In this document: in pieces, positions 48,074 through 57,950 of the stretch
Layout: every line of letters starts with the position of its first letter
How positions within the stretch are numbered: the stretch's first letter is position 1
Source of the DNA: Caldisericia bacterium
Lineage (GTDB): Bacteria > Caldisericota > Caldisericia > B22-G15
Direction of reading: 5' to 3'
NCBI GenBank assembly: GCA_026414995.1
Contig: JAOAHY010000005.1
Span: 18,547-82,546, forward strand
DNA: 64,000 bases
The notes under the pieces: model-generated
Seen by the model: only the letters and a program-made list of their open reading frames with translations
Told to the model about the DNA's origin: nothing
Databases searched by the model: none
Made by a program: the position numbers and the translations under genes

Positions 48074-49951
48074 TTATGATATCTTTGCTCCTGTATCAAT
48101 GTCTTTATCAACAGTTAATAGGGATAGCTTTCCATTTTTTGATGCAGCAAGAAGCATTCCTTCACTTAAAATTCCTTTGAGTTTTTTAGGTTCAAGATTT
48201 TTTAAAACAATAATTTTTTTACCAATTAACTCATTATCTGAATAATGTTCTCCAATTCCAGCAACAATAGTTCTTACTTCATTTTCAATCTTAATTTTTA
48301 TTTCAATAAGCTTCTTTGAATCTTTCACTCTTTTTGCCTCTATTACTTCTGCAACTCTTAAATCAAGTTTTTGAAAATCCTCTATTGTTATATAATTCTC
48401 TTTAATTTCAACTTTTTCTTTATCACCCTCAATTCTTGGAAATATTGGAGATACTTCTCTTAAATTAAATTCACGCTTCCATGGGAAAATTTTTTCTTTT
48501 ATTAACGTGCCTTCCTCCTCTTTGCCTAATGCATATAAAAATCTCCTAGATGATGTAATTAATATTGGAGAAAGTAAATTAATAATTGTATAAATTCCAT
48601 GAAAAACGGTTGATAAAACTTTTTCACATTCCTCTTTATTATCTTTATAAAGATTCCATGGTGCTTTTGTATCAATATATTTATTCAAAATATTTGCTAA
48701 ATTATTTATTTTAATAGGAACATCAGAAAGTTTTAAATTTTCATAAAGATTAACAGTCTCATCAAACTCTTTATCAAATATTTGATAAATTTCATCATCA
48801 AAATTTCCGTTGAGTTTTCCATTGAAATATTTAAAACCCATATTTAGAGTCCTATATAGGAGATTTCCAAGGTCATTTGCAAGTTCACTATTGTATCTTG
48901 TAATATATGAATCATAAGAAAAGTTTCCATCTTCTCCAAAAGTCATGTCTCTTAAGATGTAATATCTAAATACGTCTACTGCAATATCTTTATCAACATT
49001 TGCTTTTTCCATAAACCAATTAATAACTTCATCTGGTTTAATGAAATTTCCTTTTGATTTACTCATTTTTTCACCGTGTGAAAGCCAAAAACCATGTGCA
49101 TAAATTTTTTGTGGTAATGGAATACCAACTCCCATTAACATTGCAGGCCAAATAATTGTATGAAATCTAGTAATATCTTTACCTATTAAATGAAGGTCTG
49201 CTGGCCAATATTTTTTGAAATTTTCTTCATCTTCTAAAAAACCACTAACTGTTACATAATTTATTAATGCATCAAACCAAACATATATTGTTGAGTTTTC
49301 TTCTCCTGGAACAGGAATTCCCCAACCTATTCCTTTTCTTGTTATTGAAATATCTTTTAATCCACTTTTTATCAATGATAGCATCTCATTATATCTTGAT
49401 TCAGGTTCAACAAATTTTGGATTATTTAAATAGTGTTTTAGAAGTTCATCTTGAAATTTTGATAAAGCAAAGAAATAATCTTCTTCTTTTATAAATTCAA
49501 CAGGTCTATTACAAACAGGACAAATATTTCCTTCTTTTAATTCATCTTGAGAGAAAAATGTCTCATCGAAAATGCAATACCAACCTTCATAAATTCCTTT
49601 ATAAATATATCCATTTTCTTTTAATTTATTGAAAAAATATTGAACAACCTTCTCGTGTCTTTTTTCAGTTGTTCTTATAAAAATATCATATGATATATTA
49701 AATTCATTAAATACTTTTTTAAAACTTTCTGAAAGAATATCAACAAATTGTTTTGTATCTATTCCTTTTTCTTGAGCAACCTTTTTCACTTTACTAGCAT
49801 TTTCATCTGTACCAGTTGAAAAAAGCACATCAAATCCTAATTTTCTTTTTTCTCTTGCTATTATATCTGCAATTGTTGTTGTATAAACATGGCCTATATG
49901 AGGTTCATCATTTACATAGTAAATTGGAGTAGTGATGTAAAATTTCTTCAT
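48074..49951 (-). CDS. metG: Methionine--tRNA ligase with C-terminal tRNA-binding (EMAP/Trbp111-like) domain
   Basis: HIGHVYT (HIGH), KMSKS present, zinc knuckle CPVCN, C-terminal tRNA-binding domain (GILSEGMLLAA). Confidence 0.9.
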   Translation of the reverse strand: MKKFYITTPIYYVNDEPHIGHVYTTTIADIIAREKRKLGFDVLFSTGTDENASKVKKVAQEKGIDTKQFVDILSESFKKVFNEFNISYDIFIRTTEKRHEKVVQYFFNKLKENGYIYKGIYEGWYCIFDETFFSQDELKEGNICPVCNRPVEFIKEEDYFFALSKFQDELLKHYLNNPKFVEPESRYNEMLSLIKSGLKDISITRKGIGWGIPVPGEENSTIYVWFDALINYVTVSGFLEDEENFKKYWPADLHLIGKDITRFHTIIWPAMLMGVGIPLPQKIYAHGFWLSHGEKMSKSKGNFIKPDEVINWFMEKANVDKDIAVDVFRYYILRDMTFGEDGNFSYDSYITRYNSELANDLGNLLYRTLNMGFKYFNGKLNGNFDDEIYQIFDKEFDETVNLYENLKLSDVPIKINNLANILNKYIDTKAPWNLYKDNKEECEKVLSTVFHGIYTIINLLSPILITSSRRFLYALGKEEEGTLIKEKIFPWKREFNLREVSPIFPRIEGDKEKVEIKENYITIEDFQKLDLRVAEVIEAKRVKDSKKLIEIKIKIENEVRTIVAGIGEHYSDNELIGKKIIVLKNLEPKKLKGILSEGMLLAASKNGKLSLLTVDKDIDTGAKIS

Positions 49952-50187
49952 TCTAAATCCTCCTTTTCAAATCTTTATGAGTAAATTTTATAAATTTACA
50001 ACCCCAATTTCAAGTATTAATTTATTTTTTAGTTTAAATTAATGTTTCATAACTTCTATTTATAATTCACATAATCTTAAATTAATTCTTTTTTTCTATA
50101 TCTTTTAAATTTTTAAAAAATTCTTGTTTTTTATAAAAATTTATTTTAAAATTAAAAACTGTTTTTTAAGGGGTAAAAATATTATTA

Positions 50188-50994
50188 TTAATCTTCATAT
50201 AATTTTCTTTTTAAAATATTTTTTATTCCTTTATATTTTTTAGTCATAAATTTCAAAATATCCTCTTTTGAAAAACTTAGATTTTTTAAAATTTCAAAAT
50301 CTTTTTCCCATTCTTTTCTTTCAATACCCTCAATTAATATAACATATTCTCCCTTAATTTCACTTTTTTCTATTTCATAAAAAACTTCTTTTAATTTGCC
50401 TCTATAAACCTTCTCGTTTATTTTAGTTAATTCTTTTATAATTGATATATTTCTTTCAGGAAATTTCTCTTTTAAAATTTTAAGAGTTTTTAAAATTCTA
50501 TGTGGAGATTCATAGAAAATAATTGTTCCATTTATAAAAAAATATTTATTTATTAAATCTTCAATTTCACCTTTTTTTCTTGGAAAAAATCCTAAAAATA
50601 TAAAAGGTGTGGTTTTTAAACCAGATATAATAAGAGAGCTAATAATTGAAGATGGACCTGGAATAACTTCAATTAAAATTCCATGTTTAATTGCTTCTTT
50701 AACAATTACTTCTCCTGGATCTGAAACACATGGAGTTCCAGCATCAGAAACAAGTGCAACATTTTTACCTTTTTTCAATAAATCTATAATTTCATCTTTT
50801 CTTTTTGCTTCATTTCCTTCAAAATATGAGATAAGTTTTTTATTTTTAATTCTGTATCTATTCAAAAGTTTAATTGTTACTCTTGTATCTTCACATAAAA
50901 TTATTTCCACTTCTCTTAAAATTTTTAAAGCCCTTATAGTAATGTCAGAAAGATTTCCTATTGGTGTAGATACAATATAAAGTTTGCCAAACAA
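50188..50994 (-). CDS. rsmI: 16S rRNA (cytidine1402-2'-O)-methyltransferase RsmI
   Basis: LYIVSTPIGNLSDITIRAL ... tetrapyrrole-methylase fold, TTG start; conserved neighbour of metG in Firmicutes-like genomes. Confidence 0.85.
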   Translation of the reverse strand: MFGKLYIVSTPIGNLSDITIRALKILREVEIILCEDTRVTIKLLNRYRIKNKKLISYFEGNEAKRKDEIIDLLKKGKNVALVSDAGTPCVSDPGEVIVKEAIKHGILIEVIPGPSSIISSLIISGLKTTPFIFLGFFPRKKGEIEDLINKYFFINGTIIFYESPHRILKTLKILKEKFPERNISIIKELTKINEKVYRGKLKEVFYEIEKSEIKGEYVILIEGIERKEWEKDFEILKNLSFSKEDILKFMTKKYKGIKNILKRKLYED

Positions 50995-50995
50995 T

Positions 50996-51337
50996 TTAAA
51001 ATTCTTTTAATTTATTTATGACCTTATTAAGAGAATATTTTATTGTTCCAAGATTTCCTGCTTTGGTTGTTATTATAATTAAAATACTTTCATCAAATTT
51101 ATTAATGATTAATCTTCCTCTTTTCATCTCAACAATTACTTCCTCAAGTTCTCCCATATACATTGAATTTGAAATATCAGTAAGTAAACCTACTAAGGAA
51201 ATACCTAACCCTCCTAAAATCTCTCCTTCAAAATCAGAAGATAGCTCTGAAATTGTTTCTCTTTTTTGAGCATTTACATAAACATAACCCAAAACCCCGC
51301 TTGTTTTTAAAATTTCAGATAAAATATCTTTTATCAT
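50996..51337 (-). CDS. Roadblock/LC7 (MglB-like) domain protein
   Basis: 113 aa, alpha-beta-beta-alpha roadblock-like pattern (GVLGYVYVN ... LISLVG...); no cognate small GTPase in the window. Confidence 0.5.
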   Translation of the reverse strand: MIKDILSEILKTSGVLGYVYVNAQKRETISELSSDFEGEILGGLGISLVGLLTDISNSMYMGELEEVIVEMKRGRLIINKFDESILIIITTKAGNLGTIKYSLNKVINKLKEF

Positions 51338-52479
51338 TTTCTCTCCTTTGATAAATTAAGTGCCTTTGTAAACATCTCAATTGCTTCTTTATACATACCT
51401 TTCTTTAAATATTCATCTCCTAATTTTTTGTAATATTCTTTATCTTTAATCTCTTCTACCTCTTGCTTAGTTTGTAATTTTACCTCTTCTTTTTCAACAA
51501 TTTCTTCTTTAATTAACTCTTCTTCAGAAATCTTTGTCTCTTCTTTAATCTCTTCTAACTCTTCTTCTTTTATTTCTTCAACTTCTATTTGAGGAATTTC
51601 AATTTTTTTCTCTTCAATTTTTTCAATAATATATTCCTTTTCTTTTACAAAAGTTTTATATATTTTTTCATATAGTTTATCTTTTAAAGATACCAACTCT
51701 TCAAAATCTCTTTTATCAAAATGATAATTTTCATATCCTTGAGAAAATGCTTTAATAAAATCTTTTAAAGGATCTACTTCATAACACTTTTCCCAATATT
51801 CATCTTTTTTTCTTCTATTACCAGCCATTTCTTGAAATTTTCCTAAAATAAAAAGAGCCTTAGGATAATATGGATGATAAATTAAAATTCTTTCCAACTC
51901 TTCAATCGCTTCCATTAATCTATCTTCATTTCTTAAAGTATATGCATAAAGAACCTCATATGGCTTTTTATTTCCATTTTCTTCTTTAATTTTTTTCATC
52001 TCATTACTTGAGATAAAACCATTATAAACCTTTGTTTCAGTGTCTTTAAATTTTGATATATCAGGAAGTTCTTCATTTGTTATTAAAGAATATAATTTTC
52101 TTATAAAAACATTTTTTGGATTATAATCAAACCCTTCTTTAAGATATTTTATTGCAATATCATTTACTCCTAGAATGTAATATATTAATCCGAGTAAAAA
52201 ATAAACACAATCATTTTCAGGATCTATTTTTAGAGCTTGTTTTAATTCAATTTCACTCGATTTAAAATCATTTTTCATAAGATATGATATTGATAAATCT
52301 ATTTGAGATCTTATAAAAGATGGTAAAACAAGTAAACTTTTTAAACTTATTAATGTTGCTTCATCATAATTTCCATTTAATATAAGATATTCAGATAAAA
52401 CTGCATGTGAAGATAACAGTTGTGGATTTCTCTCAACTTTCTTTCTATAAAATTCAATTAAAGGTATTAATTCTTCCAT
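51334..52479 (-). CDS. TPR-repeat protein with Glu/Lys-rich repetitive C-terminus
   Basis: Multiple 34-aa TPR-like repeats; C-terminal EEIKEEELEEIKEE low-complexity region. Confidence 0.55.
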   Translation of the reverse strand: MEELIPLIEFYRKKVERNPQLLSSHAVLSEYLILNGNYDEATLISLKSLLVLPSFIRSQIDLSISYLMKNDFKSSEIELKQALKIDPENDCVYFLLGLIYYILGVNDIAIKYLKEGFDYNPKNVFIRKLYSLITNEELPDISKFKDTETKVYNGFISSNEMKKIKEENGNKKPYEVLYAYTLRNEDRLMEAIEELERILIYHPYYPKALFILGKFQEMAGNRRKKDEYWEKCYEVDPLKDFIKAFSQGYENYHFDKRDFEELVSLKDKLYEKIYKTFVKEKEYIIEKIEEKKIEIPQIEVEEIKEEELEEIKEETKISEEELIKEEIVEKEEVKLQTKQEVEEIKDKEYYKKLGDEYLKKGMYKEAIEMFTKALNLSKERK

Positions 52480-52488
52480 GATCCCCTT

Positions 52489-52564
52489 TGGTGCGCCCGA
52501 GAGGATTTGAACCCCTATCCGTAGCTCCGGATGCTACTGCTCTATCCACTTAAGCTACGGGCGC
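52489..52564 (-). tRNA. tRNA-Arg (anticodon CCG), CCA encoded
   Basis: Minus-strand GCGCCCGTAGCTTAAGTGGATAGAGCAGTAGCATCCGGAGCTACGGATAGGGGTTCAAATCCTCTCGGGCGCACCA. It has a 7-bp acceptor stem, D-arm, anticodon loop AUCCGGA (C34-C35-G36), T-arm GGTTCAAAT and 3' CCA. Confidence 0.8.
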
Positions 52565-52611
52565 TTTAAATTATTGTATAATAAATAAAAGAATTGTTCA
52601 AGGAGGAAGTG

Positions 52612-54066
52612 ATGGAGATAAGAAGAGAACAATTAAAGAAGGTTTCAAATACAAAGTATATGATTGAGGTTGGAACAATTCCTGGAATGAATGTACCAGG
52701 AATTATTTATGCATCTGATAAAATGATTCCAAAAATTTTAATGGATAAATCACCAATACAAGTTGCAAATGTTGCAACACTTCCAGGAATTCTTAAAGCA
52801 TCCATGGCAATGCCAGATATTCATTGGGGCTATGGATTTCCAATTGGAGGAGTTGCTGGTTTTGATGTCGAAAAAGGAGTTATTTCACCTGGCGGTGTAG
52901 GATATGATATAAATTGTGGAGTTAGACTTTTAAGAACAAATTTTAAAAAAGAAGAAATACAAGGAAAATTAGAAGAACTTTTGAATAAATTATTTGTAAA
53001 TATTCCTTCTGGAGTAGGTTCAAGTGGAAAACTTCGCTTAGGTCCAAGAGACCTTGATGATGTAATGTTAAAAGGAGTTAAATGGGCAATTGAAAAAGGT
53101 TATGGAAGGCCAGAAGATCTTGAAACAATTGAAGAGCATGGAAGTATGCAAGGTGCAGATCCTGGTGCAGTTTCAAGTAGAGCCAAAGAAAGAGGTGGAC
53201 CTCAACTTGGAACACTTGGTGCAGGAAACCACTTTCTTGAGATTCAAGTTGTTGAAGAAGTTTATAATGAAGAAATTGCAAAAGTTTTAGGTTTATTTAA
53301 AGGACAAATAACAGTTTTAATTCATACAGGAAGCAGAGGACTTGGACATCAAGTAGCATCAGATTATATAGAAGTTATGTTAAATGCAGCAAGAAAATAT
53401 GGAATTAAACTTGTTGATAAACAACTTGCAGCAGCACCATTTACATCTCCTGAAGCAAAAAGATATTTCGCAGCAATGGTTGCAGCAGCAAATTATGCAT
53501 GGGTAAATAGACAACTAATAACTCACTGGACAAGAGAAACATTTAAAGAAGTTTTTAAAAAACCTGATAGAGAGATGGGTCTAGAGATAATTTATGATGT
53601 TGCACACAATATCGCAAAGGTCGAAGAGCACACCATAAATGGAAAGAAAATTAAAGTTGTTGTTCATAGAAAAGGTGCAACTAGAGCATTTCCACCAAAT
53701 CACCCTGAAGTTCCTCCTCAATATAAATCAATAGGACAACCTGTTTTGGTACCAGGGGATATGGGAAGATACTCTTTTGTCCTTGTTGGAACTAATAAAG
53801 CAATGCAAGAAACATTTGGTTCAACCTGTCATGGAGCAGGAAGAGTTATGAGTAGAACTGAAGCATTAAGAGAAGAAGATGCAAATGAGATTATAGATAC
53901 ACTTGGGAAAAGAGGTATAAAAGTTAAAGCAAAAAGTAAAGAAACATTAGTTGAAGAATCACCAGAAGCATATAAAGATGTTCAAGATGTTGTTGATGTT
54001 TTACACGAGGAGGGAATATCAATAAAAGTTGCAAAATTAAAACCAATTGCAGTTATGAAAGGATAA
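52612..54066 (+). CDS. rtcB: RNA-splicing ligase RtcB (3'-phosphate/5'-hydroxyl RNA ligase)
   Basis: DIHWGYGFPIGGV, GAGNHFLEIQ, HNIA ... and other hallmark RtcB metal/GMP-binding motifs. The track start 52594 overlaps the SD AGGAGG; ATG 52612 is more likely. Confidence 0.9.
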   Translation: MEIRREQLKKVSNTKYMIEVGTIPGMNVPGIIYASDKMIPKILMDKSPIQVANVATLPGILKASMAMPDIHWGYGFPIGGVAGFDVEKGVISPGGVGYDINCGVRLLRTNFKKEEIQGKLEELLNKLFVNIPSGVGSSGKLRLGPRDLDDVMLKGVKWAIEKGYGRPEDLETIEEHGSMQGADPGAVSSRAKERGGPQLGTLGAGNHFLEIQVVEEVYNEEIAKVLGLFKGQITVLIHTGSRGLGHQVASDYIEVMLNAARKYGIKLVDKQLAAAPFTSPEAKRYFAAMVAAANYAWVNRQLITHWTRETFKEVFKKPDREMGLEIIYDVAHNIAKVEEHTINGKKIKVVVHRKGATRAFPPNHPEVPPQYKSIGQPVLVPGDMGRYSFVLVGTNKAMQETFGSTCHGAGRVMSRTEALREEDANEIIDTLGKRGIKVKAKSKETLVEESPEAYKDVQDVVDVLHEEGISIKVAKLKPIAVMKG

Positions 54067-54077
54067 AAAAAGGAATT

Positions 54078-55661
54078 TTGGGAGGAGTTATCTTACTTTT
54101 GCTCCTCCCCTTCTTTTTTTCTTGTAATAATAATCCAAAGATAAACTTTAGTTTTGTTTTCCCCCAAGATGGAGATTATGTAACAAAAGGAGAACTTATA
54201 ATTGTTGAATTTTCAGATCTAAAAGATATAAAAGACTTAAAAATAACTCTTTTTGGTGAAAATTTAACAAAAAATTTAGAATATGAAATAAAAGAAAATA
54301 GATTATACTCTTCTTTTCCACAAGAGATTTCTGATGGAGAATATAAATTAATAACAACTTTTTATATAAAAGAGATCTTATTTAAAAAGGAAATAAATGT
54401 AATATTAAACTCTGAAATTCCAATTTGGGAAAATATAATATACCCAATTTATATAAGATCTGGGAGAGAAATAACAATAGAATCTATATCTTCAACTCCA
54501 TTAAAAGAGATAAAAGCTATTTTTGATGATGGAACAGTTTTAAATTTAAATTATTCAAAAGAAAAAGATATCTGGCAAGAAAAATACACAATTTCAAACT
54601 TCGTAAGCGAAGGAAGCCACATTATTAAGTTTGAAGGAATTGATCTAAAAGGAGATAAATTGGAAGATACAAAAATTTTTTATGTTATAAATTCAGATCC
54701 TGTTATATATTCTCCTCTTGATGGCCTTGAAACAACTTCAAATGAAATTTCTCTTTTTGGATTTTATGAAGAAGATAAAAACATAGTTATATATTTAAAC
54801 AATAAACCATATAGAGAAATTAAGGTTGATCCTGATGGAAATTTTTTTACAAATTTAATTCTTTTACCTGGAATTTATACAATTTTTGCAAAAGATCCAG
54901 AATCAAAATTTCTGGGGTCATCTTCACTTCAAGAAATAAAAATAAAGATATTTAATGAAGGATTAACTGTATTATGCTATCACAATGTAAGTAATAAAGG
55001 TGGAAATATATATACAATTACTCCTGAGGAGTTTGAAAATCAGATAAAATATATAAAAGAAAAAGGTTATAAATCTATTTCAATTGAAGAACTTTATGAT
55101 TATTATATTAATGAAAAAGAGATTCCTAAAAAAAGCATATTAATAACATTCGATGATGGCTTAAAAGGTGTTTATGAGTTTGCATATCCAATTTTAAAAA
55201 AATATGGTTTTAAAGCCACATTTTTTGTAATTGTAGGAAGAGTAGGGAGAGTAAATAATTATGTAACATGGGAAAATTTAAAAGAAATGTATGAAAGTGG
55301 TGTTTTTTCAATCGGTTCTCACACATTTGATTCCCACAAAACACATTCAAGTGAAGGAAAATTTATATCAATTATTTCAAAAAATGGCGACAATGAGGGC
55401 TTTGAAAGTTTTAAAAATAGAGTTCTAGAAGACTTTAAAAAATCAAAAGAAGAAATAGAAAAAAATGTTAAAAATAAAGTAATTTCATTTGCATATCCCT
55501 ATGGAGAATATTCTAATGATACAATTCAATTTTTAAAAGAAAGTGGCTTTATATTTGGATTTACAGTTTATAAAGGAATAAATTTAAAAAGAACATCAAA
55601 ATTTGAATTAAAAAGATATTCTATTTATAGAAGCACAGATATTAAACAAATAATAAACTAG
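54078..55661 (+). CDS. Polysaccharide deacetylase (NodB-homology domain) with N-terminal Ig-like/beta-rich region
   Basis: C-terminal ILITFDDGLKG (TFDDG motif) and HTFDSH. The TTG start and the first 14 codons coincide with the hairpin above, so the start is uncertain. Confidence 0.65.
   Translation: MGGVILLLLLPFFFSCNNNPKINFSFVFPQDGDYVTKGELIIVEFSDLKDIKDLKITLFGENLTKNLEYEIKENRLYSSFPQEISDGEYKLITTFYIKEILFKKEINVILNSEIPIWENIIYPIYIRSGREITIESISSTPLKEIKAIFDDGTVLNLNYSKEKDIWQEKYTISNFVSEGSHIIKFEGIDLKGDKLEDTKIFYVINSDPVIYSPLDGLETTSNEISLFGFYEEDKNIVIYLNNKPYREIKVDPDGNFFTNLILLPGIYTIFAKDPESKFLGSSSLQEIKIKIFNEGLTVLCYHNVSNKGGNIYTITPEEFENQIKYIKEKGYKSISIEELYDYYINEKEIPKKSILITFDDGLKGVYEFAYPILKKYGFKATFFVIVGRVGRVNNYVTWENLKEMYESGVFSIGSHTFDSHKTHSSEGKFISIISKNGDNEGFESFKNRVLEDFKKSKEEIEKNVKNKVISFAYPYGEYSNDTIQFLKESGFIFGFTVYKGINLKRTSKFELKRYSIYRSTDIKQIIN
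54080..54122 (+). terminator. Terminator-like GC-rich hairpin plus T-run, located inside the 5' end of the next ORF
   Basis: GGGAGGAG-ttatcttacttttg-CTCCTCCC-cttcttttttt: a perfect 8-bp stem, 12 nt after the rtcB stop. Confidence 0.45.
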
Positions 55662-55693
55662 AAAAATTTAAAAATATTGGTAATATTATTAAA

Positions 55694-56305
55694 ATGTTAA
55701 AAAAAATTAATTTTTTTAAAAAATTAAAAAATTGTAAATTAATTTTAATTAGTTCAATCTTTTTACTTATAATTATTATTATACTTCCTTTTTTTACATA
55801 TGAAGGTTATGATTTTATACTTAATACTGTAAGCCGTTTAGGTGCACAAAATACACCTTATTCAATTGTTATTAATACAGCATTTTTTATTTTAGGTATT
55901 AGTATAATTTTAGAAGTTTTTTTAAATGTAAGAATAAAAGTTTATTTGTTTTTTTTAAGTTTGATTGGTATTGGTTTTATTTTAATATCATTTTTTAATG
56001 ATGCTCCTATATTGTCTGGATTAGAATATAATGTTTTAGAAAATCAACTGCACTTAATTTTTGCTTATTCAATTTATTTTGTTTCTGTTTTATTTTTATT
56101 AACTATTACCATATTTGACAAATCAAATATTAAAAAATTATTAAGTTTTATTACAGGAATTAATCTCTCAATTTTTGGAATTGTAATTTATAATTTTCAA
56201 AATTATGCAGGTTTAATTGAAAGATTTATATTATTTTTTTCACTTGTATGGTTAATAATTTTTATTGAAATTCAAAGAAAGGAAAATAGAAAAGCGTTAA
56301 AATAA
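55694..56305 (+). CDS. Polytopic membrane protein (hypothetical)
   Basis: 203 aa, about 6 TM segments, no recognisable motif. Confidence 0.4.
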   Translation: MLKKINFFKKLKNCKLILISSIFLLIIIIILPFFTYEGYDFILNTVSRLGAQNTPYSIVINTAFFILGISIILEVFLNVRIKVYLFFLSLIGIGFILISFFNDAPILSGLEYNVLENQLHLIFAYSIYFVSVLFLLTITIFDKSNIKKLLSFITGINLSIFGIVIYNFQNYAGLIERFILFFSLVWLIIFIEIQRKENRKALK

Positions 56306-56370
56306 TTTTTTCTTTTTTTAAGTTAATATGATAAAATTTAATTCGGTAATTTTTATTATAGGAGGGATTT

Positions 56371-57924
56371 ATGAAAGAGTTTAAAAATGAACCATTAGTT
56401 GACTTCAAAAATGAAGAGAACAGAAAATTAATGGAGGAGGCTATTAAAAAAACTGAGAGCGAGTTTGGAAAAGAGTATGAAATGATTATTGGGGGAAAAA
56501 GGATAAAATCAAATGATAAATTCAAATCAATAAACCCATCAAAGAAAGATGAAGTTATTGGGTTGTTCCAAAAAGGAAATGAAGAACACGCAGAAGAAGC
56601 ATTAAAAGTTGCATGGTGTACATTTAAAACTTGGAAATATGTAAATGCTGAAAAAAGAGCAGAATATTTATTTAAAATTGCAGATACTCTAAGAAAAAGA
56701 AGGTTTGAATTTAATTCATATTTAATTTTAGAAGTTGGAAAAAATTGGTTTGAAGCAGATGCTGATACTGCTGAAGCAATAGATTTTTGTGAATATTATG
56801 CAAGAGAGGCTCTTAAATATGACAAAGGACAACCTGTGACTCAATATGATAATGAAAAAGATGAAATGATTTATATTCCTCTTGGTGCAGGTGCAGTTAT
56901 TCCTCCTTGGAACTTTCCACTTGCTATTCTTGTAGGAATGACAACATCAGCGATTGTTACTGGAAATACTGTTGTTTTAAAACCCTCTAGTGATGCACCA
57001 TTAATTGCAACAAAATTTATGGAAGTTTTAGAAGAGGTAGGAGTTCCAGATGGAGTTGTTAATCTTGTAACAGGTCCAGGCTCAACTGTAGGAGAATATT
57101 TAGTTAAACATCCAAAAACAAGATTTATATCATTTACTGGATCAAAAGAGGTTGGTCTTCGCATTGTTGAAGAAGCAGGAAAACATAGAGAAGGACAAAT
57201 TTGGATTAAAAGAGTTGTTGCAGAAATGGGTGGAAAAAATGGAATAATAGTTGAAGATGATGCAAATATAGACAGTGCAGTTCAAGGATGTCTTCACTCT
57301 GCTTTTGGATTTCAAGGCCAAAAGTGTTCTGCATTATCAAGATTATTCTTACATGAAAAAATTTATGATGAATTTTTAGAGAAATTTGTAAATAAAGTTA
57401 AAGAGATAAAAATTGGACCAACAAAATATTTTGAAAATTATCTTGGACCAGTAATAAATGAATCATCATTTAATAAAATTATGTCATATATAGAAATAGG
57501 AAAAAAGGAAGGGAAATTACTTCTTGGTGGAGAACCATTTGAAAATAGAGAAGGATTTTTCATTAAACCAACTCTTTTTGTAGATGTTGATATTAAAGGA
57601 AGGTTAATGAAAGAAGAAATTTTTGGACCAGTTGTAGGAATTGTTAAATATAAAAATCTTGATGAAGCAATAGATATGTTTAATGATACTGAATATGGAC
57701 TAACTGGTGCAATATATACAAAGGATAAAGAAAAAATAGAAAGAGCAAAAAGAGAAATGCATTGTGGTAATCTTTATATTAATAGAAAATGTACTGGTGC
57801 TCTTGTTGGAGTTCATCCTTTTGGAGGTTTTAATATGTCTGGAACAGATTCCAAAGCAGGAGGACCAGATTACCTCCTTTTATTTTTACAGGCAAAAGCA
57901 ATAGGACATTATTTAGGTGAATAA
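56371..57924 (+). CDS. rocA: 1-pyrroline-5-carboxylate dehydrogenase (L-glutamate gamma-semialdehyde dehydrogenase, ALDH superfamily, RocA-type)
   Basis: NWFEADADTAEAIDF, FQGQKCSA (catalytic Cys), GVHPFGGFNMSGTDSKAGGPDYL. Near-identical motif strings and the 515-aa length match Bacillus-type RocA. Confidence 0.85.
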   Translation: MKEFKNEPLVDFKNEENRKLMEEAIKKTESEFGKEYEMIIGGKRIKSNDKFKSINPSKKDEVIGLFQKGNEEHAEEALKVAWCTFKTWKYVNAEKRAEYLFKIADTLRKRRFEFNSYLILEVGKNWFEADADTAEAIDFCEYYAREALKYDKGQPVTQYDNEKDEMIYIPLGAGAVIPPWNFPLAILVGMTTSAIVTGNTVVLKPSSDAPLIATKFMEVLEEVGVPDGVVNLVTGPGSTVGEYLVKHPKTRFISFTGSKEVGLRIVEEAGKHREGQIWIKRVVAEMGGKNGIIVEDDANIDSAVQGCLHSAFGFQGQKCSALSRLFLHEKIYDEFLEKFVNKVKEIKIGPTKYFENYLGPVINESSFNKIMSYIEIGKKEGKLLLGGEPFENREGFFIKPTLFVDVDIKGRLMKEEIFGPVVGIVKYKNLDEAIDMFNDTEYGLTGAIYTKDKEKIERAKREMHCGNLYINRKCTGALVGVHPFGGFNMSGTDSKAGGPDYLLLFLQAKAIGHYLGE

Positions 57925-57950
57925 AAAAACTTTATTTTTAAGGAGATTTT

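Noticed and set aside
49952-50187. T-box riboswitch upstream of metG
   Set aside because: I looked for the T-box consensus (AATTAGGGTGGNACCGCG) and an antiterminator/terminator pair on the minus strand and found neither.
52489-52564. tRNA-Arg as an integration site for a genomic island
   Set aside because: No integrase or recombinase gene and no direct repeat of the tRNA 3' end were seen on either side. The flanking genes are housekeeping (metG, rsmI, rtcB).
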